From the NCBI RefSeq assembly GCF_028641065.1, contig NW_026576158.1, positions 1-64,000 of the forward strand: a DNA stretch of 64,000 nucleotides, read 5' to 3'. The position numbers were made by a program, and so were the translations under genes. Positions 26,614-38,519 of the stretch are shown piece after piece. Each line of letters opens with the position of its first letter. Within the stretch, counting starts at the first letter, position 1. The notes beneath the pieces are model-generated. The model had not been told where the DNA came from and did no database searches. It saw only the letters and a program-made list of their open reading frames with translations. Source of the DNA: Leucoraja erinacea. Its lineage: Eukaryota.

Positions 26614-26672
26614 CGTCCGTTATATTTTGTGTTCGGTACATAATGAACATCTGCTCATCATCCAGCTACTAT

Positions 26673-27322
26673 ATAGAAACATAGAAACATAGAAATTAGG
26701 TGCAGGAGTAGGCCATTCGGCCCTTCGCGCCTGCACCGCCAATCAATATGATCATGGCTGATCATCCAACTCAGTATCCGTACCTGCCTTCTCTCCATAC
26801 CCCCTGATCCCCTTAGCCACAAGGGCCACATCTAACTCCCTCTTAAATATAGCCAATGAACTGGCCTCAACTACCCTCTGTGGCAGAGAGTTCCAGAGAT
26901 TCACCACTCTCTGTGTGAAAAAGGTTCTTCTCATCTCGGTTTTAAAGGATTTCCCCCTTATCCTTAAGCTGTGACCCCTTGTCCTGGACTTCCCCAACAT
27001 CGGGAACAATCTTCCTGCATCTAGCCTGTCCAACCCCTTAAGAATTTTGTAAGTTTCTATAAGATCCCCTCTCAATCTCCTAAATTCTAGAGAGTGTAAA
27101 CCAAGTCTATCCAGTCTTTCTTCATAAGACAGTCCTGACATCCCAGGAATCAGTATGGTGAACCATCTCTGCACTCCCTCTATGGGAATAATGTCATTCC
27201 TCAGATTTGGAGACCAAAACTGTACGCAATACTCCAGGTGTGGTCTCATCAAGACCCCGTACAACTGCAGTAGAACCTCCCTGCTCCTATACTCAAATCC
27301 TTTTGCAACGAAAGCTAGCATA
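26673..27322 (-). mobile_element. CR1 LINE 3' fragment (C-delta intron)
   Basis: ORF 26752-27321. Confidence 0.9.
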
Positions 27323-27556
27323 CCCTAACCCTAGATGTGATGTATGAAAATAGGAAAAAGGGAATGGTGATCCTTGTTAGTAGAATAGATCCTTGTTGGT
27401 TGGGAGAAGGTAACGCAAACAGAGATAAAATGTCTTCGGAGACAGTAACACTGGTCGGGAAATGGGAAGGGGAGAGGGATGGAGGGAGAGAGGAAATGCA
27501 AGGGTTACTTGAAGTTGTCGAAGTTAATGTTCGTACCGCTGGGGTGTAAACTCACC

Positions 27557-27666
27557 TTAGAAGACCCAGGCTCTGGCCGTCATCAAGACATTGAAGACAA
27601 CGCTCTTAACAAACAGAATCCTCAAACCCATCACCGTCAACGTCATAAAATTGGTCTCGGGTATAT
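27557..27666 (-). CDS. TRDC: TCR delta constant exon 3, transmembrane/cytoplasmic: (D)IPETNFMTLTVMGLRILFVKSVVFNVLMTARAWVF*
   Basis: Acceptor ttttttgatatacag; TM with conserved Arg and Lys (GLRILFVK) and FN motif of TCR alpha/delta; TAA followed by G|gtgagt donor. Confidence 0.93.
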
Positions 27667-27715
27667 CTGTATATCAAAAAAGAAAATCGTCCCTTTAGTC
27701 GAATGGGTCCTTGTG

Positions 27716-28095
27716 AAACATAGAAACATAGAAACATAGAATGAAGGTGCACGAGTAGGCCATTCGGCCCTACGAGCCTGCACCGCCATTCGATATGATC
27801 ATGGCTGATCATCCAACTCAGTATCCCATCCCTGCATTCTCTCCATACCCCCTGATCCCTTTAGCCACATCTAACTGTCTTTTAAATATAGCCAATGAAC
27901 TGTGGCCTCAACTACTTTCTGTGGCAGAGAATTCCACAGATTCACCACTCTCTGTGTAAAAGATCTTCTCATCTCGGTCCTAAAAGACTTCCCTCTTATC
28001 CTTAAACCGTGACCCCCTAGTTCTGGACTTCCCCAACATGGGGAACAATCTTCCTGCATTTGGACTGTCCAACCCCTTAAGAATTTTGTAAGTTT
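27716..28095 (-). mobile_element. CR1 LINE 3' fragment
   Basis: CR1 tail and WNSLP motif. Confidence 0.8.
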
Positions 28096-29268
28096 TTGTA
28101 AGATATATAAAAATGATAGCAGTGTGCATGTGCCATTTTCTGCATGTCAGGCGCTTGTACGCGTGATTCTCAAACTGAGAATCATAGTTACTATTGTCAA
28201 GCGGTAATGTCACAGAGACGATTCACGAGGATGTTGCCAGGGCTAGAGGGTCCGAGCTATAGGGAGAGTTGAGTAGGCTGGGACTCTTATTCCTTGGAGT
28301 GCAGGAGGATGAGGTGTGATCTTACAGAGGTGTATAAAATCACGAGAGAAATAGATCGGGTAGATGCACAGAGTCTCTTGCCTATCTTGACTATCCCAAC
28401 ATTTTCTCTACGACCCCAACATTTAAGAAACCGTTAGACAGGTACGTGGATAGGACGGGTTTGGAGGAGATATGGATCAAACGCGGGCAGGTGGAACTAA
28501 TGTTGCTGGCACATGTTGGCCGGCGTGGGCAAGTTGGGTTGAAAGGCACCACGTCATTCTATCACTCTATGACTCAATTACACAGATACATAGATGCACA
28601 GGCAGCAGGTGCAGGAGGAGGCCATTCCCCCCTTCGAGCCAGCACCGCCATTCAATGCACTCATGGCTGGTCATCCACAATCAGTGCCCCGTTCCTGCTG
28701 TCCCCCCATACCCCTTGATTCCGCTAGCCCTAAGAGTATATCAGTATATGCTGCATGTATGACTTTATAGTAATGTATTGATGTAACGCGTGGATACATG
28801 CCAGTGCACCACTGTACCCCTCTCTTCTCATGCCCGCCTGTATGTACATATATATAACCGACCTAATCAATCATCTTGCATCCTTGATAGGCTGATCACC
28901 CACAAACCTCTGCCTGAACGGCGAACGGCCTGGTTATGTCCGCATCTATATGTCCTTTCTCTCTCTTCCTCGCTCCCTATAGCTGCTTGGCTGCTTCTCT
29001 CTCAGTTCATTCGTCCGCCTGTTCGTCCNNNNNNNNNNNNNNNNNNNNNNNNNNNNNNNNNNNNNNNNNNNNNNNNNNNNNNNNNNNNNNNNNNNNNNNN
29101 NNNNNNNNNNNNNNNNNNNNNNNNNNNNNNNNNNNNNNNNNNNNNNNNNNNNNNNNNNNNNNNNNNNNNNNNNNNNNNNNNNNNNNNNNNNNNNNNNNNN
29201 NNNNNNNNNNNNNNNNNNNNNNNNNNNNNNNNNNNNNNNNNNNNNNNNNNNNNNNNNNNNNNNNNNAC

Positions 29269-29325
29269 CTGTTACAGTATAGTTGCTGCTCGTTCCTGTT
29301 TCGCAGATCAATGGCTGGGGCTTAT
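29269..29325 (-). CDS. TRDC: TCR delta constant exon 2, connecting peptide: (D)KPQPLICETGTSSNYTVT
   Basis: 57-nt phase 1/1 exon, acceptor ttcttttacag, donor GT just before the N gap; interchain Cys and NYT sequon. Confidence 0.85.
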
Positions 29326-29922
29326 CTGTAAAAGAACATATGAATTATTAATCGGGCCCATGATGTAATTTTCGGTACTGACTTTAGATTTCCCATCTAA
29401 CGCTCTAACGGTTGTCTATCTGCATTGTAGGGCAGAAACAACTCAGCCGCGCTTTTGATTCCTCTTTTATAATTCAGTTCAATCCGAGATCATTGGGAAA
29501 GGTTTTTTTAGTCCCAAACTGGTCTCTGAGTTGATGATGGCAGAGAGCGGCATACACGGCAACGCTGAGAGAGTACTGCTAGCGTTCGGGCAAGAGGTTC
29601 GAACCCTGGACCCGCTCCACCCTCTTGGAACCATCCCGTCTTTGCAGTGTTTTAATACCGGAGATACCCAGTGCCAAATACATTTCCCGCTTTGGATCAG
29701 GTAACTCTGTTGCAGATAAACCATGTGCAATTTAAGCTTTGTTTTGAACCGCCAATATAATGCGAATGTACACAAAAAAGCTGGAGAAACTCAGCGGGTG
29801 CAGCAGCATCTATGGAGCGAAGGAAATAGGCAACGTTTCGGGCCGAAACCCTTATAATGCGAATGTCCGTCTTAAAAGCAAGGGTTGTACAAACGATTGA
29901 TTTTATAATTCGTAACTCTCAC

Positions 29923-30225
29923 CAAGTGCGCTTATGTTTTCTGTCCTTTCGATAAGTCGACCATCGTACGTGGCAGAACACCCGATGGTTTTTGGCGGAG
30001 GGGCGTGGGGGAACTCGCGGAAACCGGAAGTTCTGTAATAGCCATCTTGGGTTAGCACGTTTTCAGTCTTGACCTCGGTTGTTTCCGTCAGAGTGATGTT
30101 GACAGTGACTTTGTTGGGGTAAAACGGCGCGAGAAGACACACCGTTGCCGCTTGGTTAGTTTGTTTACTCTGGCCCACTGGCGGGTAGTAGATTGACAAT
30201 GTTGGCTCTCGTTCAGCTTTCTCCT
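29923..30225 (-). CDS. TRDC: TCR delta constant exon 1, Ig C1 domain
   Basis: 303-nt phase 1/1 exon EKAEREPTLSIYYPP...ATVCLLAPFYP...DGYY...IGCSATYDG...ISAL; two Cys separated by 52 aa; no C-strand Trp; AG/GT boundaries; D segments upstream and J-alpha downstream indicate delta. Confidence 0.92.
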
Positions 30226-30331
30226 CTAGAACATCCAGAAAAAAGAAAGATACAATTAATCACAATCAACCAATGGGGTTTTGCTCGTGAGAGAAACATC
30301 ACCCGTTTCCTTTCCCCAAAGGTGCTGAGTT

Positions 30332-30845
30332 ACATAGAAACATAGAAAATAGGTGCAGGAGTGACCATTCGGCCCTTCGAGCCTGCACCGCCATTCAATA
30401 TGATAGAAACATAGAAACATAGAAACATAGAAATTAGGTGCAGGAGTAGGCCATTCGGCCCTTCGAGCCTGCACCGCCATTCAATATGATCATGGCTGAT
30501 CATCCAACCCAGTATCCTGTACATACCCTTCTCTCCATACCCCCTGATACCTTTAGCCACAAGGGCCACATCTAACTCCCTCTTAAATATAGCCAATGAA
30601 CTGTGGCCTCAACTACTTTCAGTGGCAGAGAGTTCCACGGATTCACCACTCTCTGTGTGAATGTTTTTTTCTCATCTCGGTCCTAAAATATTTCCCCCTT
30701 ATCCTTAAACTGTGACCCCTTGTTCTTGACTTCCCCAACATCGGGAGCAACCTTCCTGCATCTAGCCTGTCCAACCCCTTAAGAATTTTGTAAGTTTTAT
30801 ATATGGTCCCCCCTCAATCTTCTAAATTCCAGCGAGTACAAGCTA
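30332..30845 (-). mobile_element. CR1 LINE 3' fragment with duplicated tail
   Basis: Two tandem 3' ends (30332-30402, 30403 onward). Confidence 0.8.
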
Positions 30846-33164
30846 GTACAAATACTATCATTTAGTGCCAATCATCAGAATGTCACATGGGCTTCCAGGA
30901 TTGCGTTGCAGGAAAAATTAGGATGAGCGCGGCTTCTTTCCTTTGAGTGAAATAGACTGGCTGGCGAGCCGATTGAGGTGTCCGTGGGCATGAGGGACAG
31001 AGTAAGTGGAACACTGGGCAACTCAAGGGTGCTGGGTGTGTGGAACGATCTGCCATGAATGGGGAGGGGGGGGGGGGGGGGGGGGGGGGGCAGTCGTGGC
31101 TGTGACGATCCCAGCGTTTAAGAAACGGTTAGACAGTAACATGGATTGGACGGGTTTGGAGAGATATGGACCAAACGCGGGCAGGTGGGATGGGTGTAGC
31201 TGGGACACGTTGGCCGTTGTGGGCAAGTTGGGCCGAGGGGGGATGTTACCACGCTGTATCGCTCTATGATTCGATAGGATTGGATTGGATTGGATTCAGT
31301 TTATTGTCATTATCTCATAATAGACAAGTATCCCATATGCCTCTATAACAACCTCTTTTCCGTCATAGGCTAGGTCCTCTCTGGAATTTGCTGTCAAAGA
31401 AGCAATATCATTGCGTTATCTTGATATATATATATGGTTCTGGTGGTGAGGTGGTGGATTGAAAGTTGTNNNNNNNNNNNNNNNNNNNNNNNNNNNNNNN
31501 NNNNNNNNNNNNNNNNNNNNNNNNNNNNNNNNNNNNNNNNNNNNNNNNNNNNNNNNNNNNNNNNNNNNNNNNNNNNNNNNNNNNNNNNNNNNNNNNNNNN
31601 NNNNNNNNNNNNNNNNNNNNNNNNNNNNNNNNNNNNNNNNNNNNNNNNNNNNNNNNNNNNNNNNNNNNNNNNNNNNNNNNNNNNNNNNNNNNNNNNNNNN
31701 NNNNNNNNNNNNNNNNNNNNNNNNNNNNNNNNNNNNNNNNNNNNNNNNNNNNNNNNNNNNNTCCGGCAGCTCGTTCCTTGCACCTGCCACCGTCCGTGTA
31801 AATGAGGTGGCCCTCAGGTTTCATTTAGATCTTCTTTCCCCATTCGTCTTAAAAATGCCACCTGGCTCTCCATTCTCCTACTTCGTGTAAAAGTGTTTAC
31901 TTGTCTTAACATTTAACATGTATTTTATACATTGATCTTGTCCCAGGCACAAGCCACTTCATCTGCAAAGCTTATTCTATATATCCACCAACCTCGTTCT
32001 GAAACCGTTGTTCCTCAAGTTCCAATTACACGTTCCCCTCTCTCCTTAATCCCAGGCTATCTAGTTCTTAACTTTACTGCCTAGGGAAAAGACTCTGTAC
32101 ACCCAGACTATCGATTCCCTCATACTTTAATTGCTTCTACAAGATCATCCCTCAGCCTCGAGTGCTCCAAGGAAATATGTCCATCCTTGGAGCACTCTCT
32201 GGGTTGAGTAATGCCCCTGTCCCACTTAGGAAACCTGAACGGAAACCTCTGGAGACTTTGCGCCGCACCCAAGGTTCCCGGAGGTTGCAGGTGGTTGCCG
32301 GAGGTTGCAGGTAGTGGAAGCAGGTAGGGAGACTGACAAAAACCTCCGGGAACCGCACAGAAACCTTGGGTGGGGCACAAAGTCTCCGGAGGTTTGAGGC
32401 TGTTGAGCAGGCTTCAAGGAGTAAATGTGAAGCATAACTTCAGTGAAGCTCATTTATTGATTAATATTCAACGTGCAGAAAGCTTCAATTAAAACGCTGG
32501 AGAACTTTGGAATTTGTGTCATTAAGCTGGAAGGAGTATATTTAAGAGAATATTTACGGGACTCGAGTGGCTGAGCTACAGGGAAAGATTTTGCAGGCAA
32601 GGACATGTTTCATTCTAGCACATGAGGCTGTTAAAGTCGAGGAAGTGGCCGGGTGACTGACTCTTGCAGTTGATTTGTGATCAAAAGGCCTTCTGGCTCC
32701 GTTTGCGTTACCGTCTTAGCTTCTTGGCGGCTGGTGGCCAAGTCAGAGTCAGATGGCGGCTGGCCAAAAAATAAGACGTCAATCAGTTGAGACGAATCGT
32801 ACATTTACTTGGTATAAAATTCTTAAAGGGTTGGACAAGCTACATGCAGGAAGATTGTTACCGATGTTGGGGAAGTTCAGCACAGGGGGTCACATCGTTA
32901 AAGGATAAGGGGGAATATTTTTGGACAGAGATGAGCATTTTTTCCCCCACACAGAGAGTGGTGAATCTGTGGAATTCTCTGCCACAGAAGGTAGTTGAGG
33001 CCACAGTTCATTGGCTATATTTAAGAAGGAGTTAGATGTGGCCTTTGTGGCTAAACGGATCAGGGGGTATGGTAGAGAAGGCAGGTACGGGATACCTGAG
33101 TTGGATGATCAACCAGCGGGTGCAACAGCATCTATAGATCTATATACCTTCACTTTTCCAGCAT

Positions 33165-33763
33165 CTGCAGCTGTACAGGGTCTTGGTGGGACCACACCTC
33201 GAGTATTGCGTACAGTTTTGGTCTCCTAATCTGAGGAAAGACATTCTTGCCATAGAAGGCTTACTGAGAAGGTTCACCAGACTGATTCGTGGGATGTCAG
33301 GACTTTCATATGGAGAAAGACTGGATAGACTCGGCTTGTAAACGCTAGAATTTAGAAGATTGAGGGGGGATCTTATAGAAACGTACACCCTTCTTAAGGG
33401 GTTGGACAGGCTAGATGCAGGAAGATTGTTCCCGATGTTGTGGAAGTCCAGAACAAGGGGTCACAATTTAAGGATAAGGGGGAAATCTTTTAGGACCGAG
33501 ATGAGAATTTTTTTTTTCACATAGAGAGTGGTGAATCTCTGGTACTCCCTGTCACAGAAGGTAGTTCAGGCCTGTTTATTGGCTATATTTAAGATGGAGT
33601 TAGATGTGGCCCTTGTGGCTAAAGGGATCAGGGGGTATGGAGGGAAGGCAGGTGCAGGATACTGAGTTGGATGATCAGCCATGATCATATTGAATGGCGG
33701 TGCAGGCACGAAAGGCCCAATGGCCTCTACTCTTGCATCTATTGTCTATGTTTCTACGTTTCT
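33165..33763 (+). mobile_element. CR1 LINE 3' fragment abutting pseudo-J
   Basis: CR1 motifs; the tail replaces the end of the J segment. Confidence 0.85.
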
Positions 33764-33815
33764 AACTGTTAGCTGCTTTCCGCCGCCGAATGTTAATTTC
33801 ACAGGATTGTAAATT
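33764..33815 (-). pseudogene. TRDJ: Pseudo J-delta (IYNPVKLTFGGGKQLTV, truncated)
   Basis: FGGG motif; RSS CACGCCA-12-ATACAGACC (33816-33843); 3' end and donor replaced by CR1 tail. Confidence 0.7.
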
Positions 33816-34691
33816 CACGCCAACAATGGCAGAGATACAGACCTCCACCGATCCAAACAAACCCAGAATTAAAATATTCCACCGAGGGACCCCATGCATT
33901 CAAGCCGTCCTGATTTAAGGAACATCACATTCCCTTTCTGGCAACAGGAAGAGAACGTTATATATGGAATCTACAAGTTACAAGATCAAGATACATGACA
34001 CATTTATTTGTCACATGTGCCTGTTGGCACAGTGAAATGTGATCACCCTACAGCCATACAATAAAATAAAGAACACAACACGTGATAGAGTTCAACATAA
34101 AACATCCCCACACTGCAGAATCAAACGTTTCCCACTGTGAGGTAAGGCACCAAAGTCAGTGTCTTCCGCTCAAAGTCAGTCTCAAAATCTTCATGAACGA
34201 GTAGGGAATATTTGTCAATTTGCAAGTGGTTCTATTGGGAATTTCACCTTTCTTGGTGGGTTCAGCTGAATGGCAGGTGATTCATAACTTCATAAATTGC
34301 AGCAGCAAGATTAGGCTATATGGCCCATGAGGTCTACGCCTGTCAATCATGGCTGACCATTTAATCCCTTTCTCCTGCCTTCTCCCCATAACCCCCCCCC
34401 CCCGCACTAATCAACAATGTATCCATCTCTGCCTTAACTATATCCATTGCCGGCCTCCACAGCCTTCTTTGGCAATGGATTTCACAGATTCACCACCCGC
34501 TGGCCAAATAAATCCCTCCTCATCTTTCTAAAGGTACGTTCTTTTATTCTGAGGCTGTGGCCTGTGGTCCCACTTCATCCCACTTCCACCGCCACAACCT
34601 TCCACAAACAATATTGTGTATCATTTCAGTGCTTCGCGCGTAAAAGCTGAGAGGAATGTACGATTATTGTTCATATACATACATGTAAAGC

Positions 34692-34740
<49 letters not shown>

Positions 34741-34743
34741 TAC

Positions 34744-34794
34744 TTGGTTCCACGGTGAGGGTAGTGCCGCCACCAAAGACAAGTTTTTCGTAGA
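34744..34794 (-). CDS. TRDJ: TCR delta J segment (YEKLVFGGGTTLTVEP)
   Basis: FGGG motif, CCA A|gtaagt donor, RSS CACTGTG-12-ACAAATACA (34795-34822). Confidence 0.92.
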
Positions 34795-34967
34795 CACTGT
34801 GGTACCAGGTGTTACAAATACATATACTCCTACACGAAGAGGCCCGTCAATGTTTGCTCAGCGTACACAAAAATGCTGGAGAAACTCAGCGGGTGCAGCA
34901 GCATCTATAGATGCTGCTGCACCCGCTGAGTTTCTCCAGAAATTTTGTGTACCTTCACTTTTCCAGC

Positions 34968-35568
34968 ATCTGCAGTTGTACAGGGTCTTGGTGGGACCAC
35001 ACCCCGAGTATTGCGTACAGTTTTGGTCTCCTAATCTGAGGAAAGACACTCTTGCCATAGAGGGCTTACAGAGAAGGTTCACCAGACTGATTCCTGGGAT
35101 GTCAGGACTTTCATATGAAGAAAGACTGGATAGACTCGGCTTGTACTCGCTAGAATTTAGAAGATTGAGGGGGGATCTTATAGAAACTTACAACATTCTT
35201 AAGGGGTTGGACAGGCTAGATGCAGGAAGATTGTTCCCGATGTTGTGGAAGTCCAGAACAAGGGGTCACAGTTTAAGGATAAGGGGGAAATATTTTAGGA
35301 CCGAGATGAGAAAAACATTTTTCACACAGAGAGTGGTGAATCTATGGAACTCTCTGCCACAGAAGGTAGTTGAGGCCACAGTTTATTGGCTATATTTAAG
35401 AGGGAGTTAGATGTGGTCCTTGTGGCTAAAGGGATCAGGGGGTATGGAGAGAAGGCAGGTACAGGATACTGAGTTGGATGATCAGCCATGATCATATTGA
35501 ATGGCGGTGCAGGGTCGAAGGGTCGAATGGCCTACTCCTGCATCTATTGTCTATGTTTCTACGTTTCT
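34968..35568 (+). mobile_element. CR1 LINE 3' fragment (duplicate of 33165-33763)
   Basis: Same junctions at both ends as the 33.2-kb copy. Confidence 0.88.
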
Positions 35569-35620
35569 AACTGTTAGCTGCTTTCCGCCGCCGAAAGTTA
35601 ATTTCACAGGATTGTAAATT
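35569..35620 (-). pseudogene. TRDJ: Pseudo J-delta, second copy (IYNPVKLTFGGGKQLTV)
   Basis: RSS CACGCTA-12-ACACAGACC (35621-35648); same CR1 truncation. Confidence 0.7.
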
Positions 35621-36867
35621 CACGCTAACAATGGCAGAGACACAGACCTCCACCAATCCAAACAAACCCAGAATTAAAATATTCCACTGAGGGACCCCCT
35701 TGCATTCAAGCCGTCCTGATTTAAAGAACACCCCATTCCCTTTCTGGCAACAGCAAGAAAAAGTTATATATGGAATCTACAAGATACAAGATCAAGATAC
35801 ATGACACATTTATTTGTCACATGTGCCTGTTGGCAGAGTGAAATGTGATCACCCTACAGCTATACATTAAAATAAAGAACACAGCACATGATAGAGTTCA
35901 ACATAAAACATCCCCACACTGCAGAATCAAACGTTTCCCACTGTGAGGGAAGGCACCAAAGTCAGTGTCTTCCGCTCAAAGTCAGTCTCAAAATCTTCAT
36001 GAACGAGGGGGAATATTTGTCAATTTGCAAGTGGTTCTATTGGGAATTTCGCCTTTCTTGGTGGGTTCAGCTGAATGGCAGGTGATTCATAACTTCATAA
36101 GTTGCCGAAGCAAGATTAGGCTATTCGGCCCATGAAGTCTACTTCGCCAGTCAATCACGGCTGACCTATATTTCGCCCTTGAGCCCATTCTCCTGCCTTC
36201 TTCCCACAGCTCCACCGCACTAATCAACAATGTATCCATCTCTGCCTTAACTATATCCATTGCCGGCCTCCACAGCCTTCTCTGGCAATGGATTTCACAG
36301 ATTCACCACCCTCTGACATAGAAACATAGAAACATAGAAACTAGGTGCAGGAGTAGGCCATTCGGCCCTTCGAGCCTGCACCGCCATTCAATATGATCAT
36401 GGTTAATCATCCAACTCAGTATCCCATCCCTGCCTTCTCTCCATACCCCCTGGTCCCTTTAGCCACAAGGGACACGTCTAATTCCCTCTTAAATATAGCC
36501 AATGAACTGTGGCCTCAACTACCTTCTGTGGCAGGGAATTCCAGAGATTCACCACTCTCTCGTGTGAAAAATATTTTCCTCCTCGGTCATAAAGGATATC
36601 CCCTTTATCCTTAAACTGTGACCCCTTGCCCTGGACTTCCCCAACATCGGGACCAAATAAAGTCCTCCTCATCTTTCTAAAGGTACGTTATTTTATTCTG
36701 AGGCTGTGGCCTCCGGTCCCACTTCATCCCACTTCCAACAACCACAACCTTCCACAAACAATATCTTATATCATAGCAGTACTTCACGCGTAAAAGCTGA
36801 GAGGAATTTACGATGAACATTCATATACATACATGTAAAGCGAGGGGGGGGGGGGGGGGGGGGGGGG

Positions 36868-36913
<46 letters not shown>

Positions 36914-36953
36914 GGGGGGGGGGGGGGGGGGGGTGGGGGAGGTGTTGACTTAC

Positions 36954-37004
36954 TTGGTTCCACGGTGAGGGTAGTGCCGCCACCAAAGACAAGCTTATCA
37001 TAGG
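36954..37004 (-). CDS. TRDJ: TCR delta J segment (YDKLVFGGGTTLTVEP), RSS with 14-bp spacer
   Basis: FGGG motif and gtaagt donor; CACTGTG (37005-37011), 14 bp, ACAAATACA (37026-37034). Confidence 0.85.
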
Positions 37005-37424
37005 CACTGTGTGGTACCAGGTGCTACAAATACATCTATTCCCACACGAAGAGGCCCGTCAACGTTTGCTGATCATTTAATTTTGAGCGCGCTTTGAGGT
37101 CAACTCCATTTACTTGGAAAGTGACAGCGATTCATTACTGTCGTTACTCGCTCAGTTCTCGAAAATATTAGAAACACTGTATGTAAGCAGATTAGATAAC
37201 TTTATCGAGATGCACGGATTGCTAGTTGATAGTCAACATGGATTCAGGTCAAACAGGTCGACATCCGTGGCATTAATGGAGTAAATTAAAGACATTACCA
37301 GTTCTATAGATAAAAAGAAATATGCAGTTGGTGTATTTATAGATTTGAAAAAAAAATGCATTCGATACAATTGATCATCATTTGCTAATCAAAAAATTGG
37401 AAAAGTATGGAATCAGACGGGTTA

Positions 37425-38025
37425 GAAACATAGACATAGAAACATAGAAATTAGGTGCATGAGTAGGCCATTCGGCCCTTCGAGCCTGCACCGCCATTCA
37501 ATATGATCATGGCTGATCATCCAACTCAGTAACCTGTACCTGCCTTCTCTCCATACCGTCTGATCCCCTTTAGCCACAAGGGCCACATCTAACTCCCTCT
37601 TAAATATAGCCAATGAACTGGCATCGACTACCCTCTGTGGCAGAGAGTTCAGAGATTCACCACTCTCTGTGTGAAAAATGTTCTTCTCATCTCGGTTGTA
37701 AAGGATTTCCCCCTTATCCTTAAGGTGTGACCCCTTGTCCTGGACTTCCCTAACATCGGGAACAATCTTCCTGCATCTAGCCTGTCCAACCCCTTAAGAA
37801 TTGTGTAAGTTTCTATAAGATCCCCTCTCAATCTCCTAAATTCTAGAGAGTATAAACCAAGTCTATCCAGTCTTTCTTCATAAGACAGTCCTGACATCCC
37901 AGGAATCAGTCTGGTGAACCTTCTCTGCACTCCCTCTATGGCAATAATGTCCTTCCTCAGATTTGGAGATCAAAACTGTACGCAATACTCCAGGTGTGGT
38001 CTCACCAAGACCCTGTACAACTGTA
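37425..38025 (-). mobile_element. CR1 LINE 3' fragment nested in Crack/L2
   Basis: ORF 37649-37930. Confidence 0.85.
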
Positions 38026-38519
38026 CAACATAAGTAAAAGACATCAGTTTGTGCAAATAGGGGACTGCAAATCAACATGCTTAGAAATAACGTGTGGAGT
38101 CCCACAGGGGTCGGTTTTGGGCCCCAAATTATTTATTTTGTATATTAATGATATATGTAGGGTGTCAAACCTCTTGAGATTTGTGTTATTTGCAGATTAC
38201 ACTAATATTTTCTGTGACGGGGACAATTTGCAGCAGCTTTTGGAGATGGTCACAGTAGAAATTAGTAAACTAAAAACATGGTTTGATTTGAATAAATTAT
38301 CATTAAATTTAAACAAAACCAAACTTATGCTGTTTGGAAAACGCAAAATAAATACACAAGTAAAAGTAATGATAAATAATGTTGAAATAGAAAGAGTGTA
38401 TGAAAATAAGTTTCTGGGTGCGATTCTTGATCACAAAATCTGCTGGAAAACCCATATAAACATGTGAGAGCAAAAGTAGCACGGAGTATTGGAGTGATGG
38501 GGGAAAGCAAGGCATGTTT

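Noticed and set aside
34616-35410. 264-aa ORF
   Set aside because: Chance read-through of poly-G, antisense J, hairpin repeat and CR1
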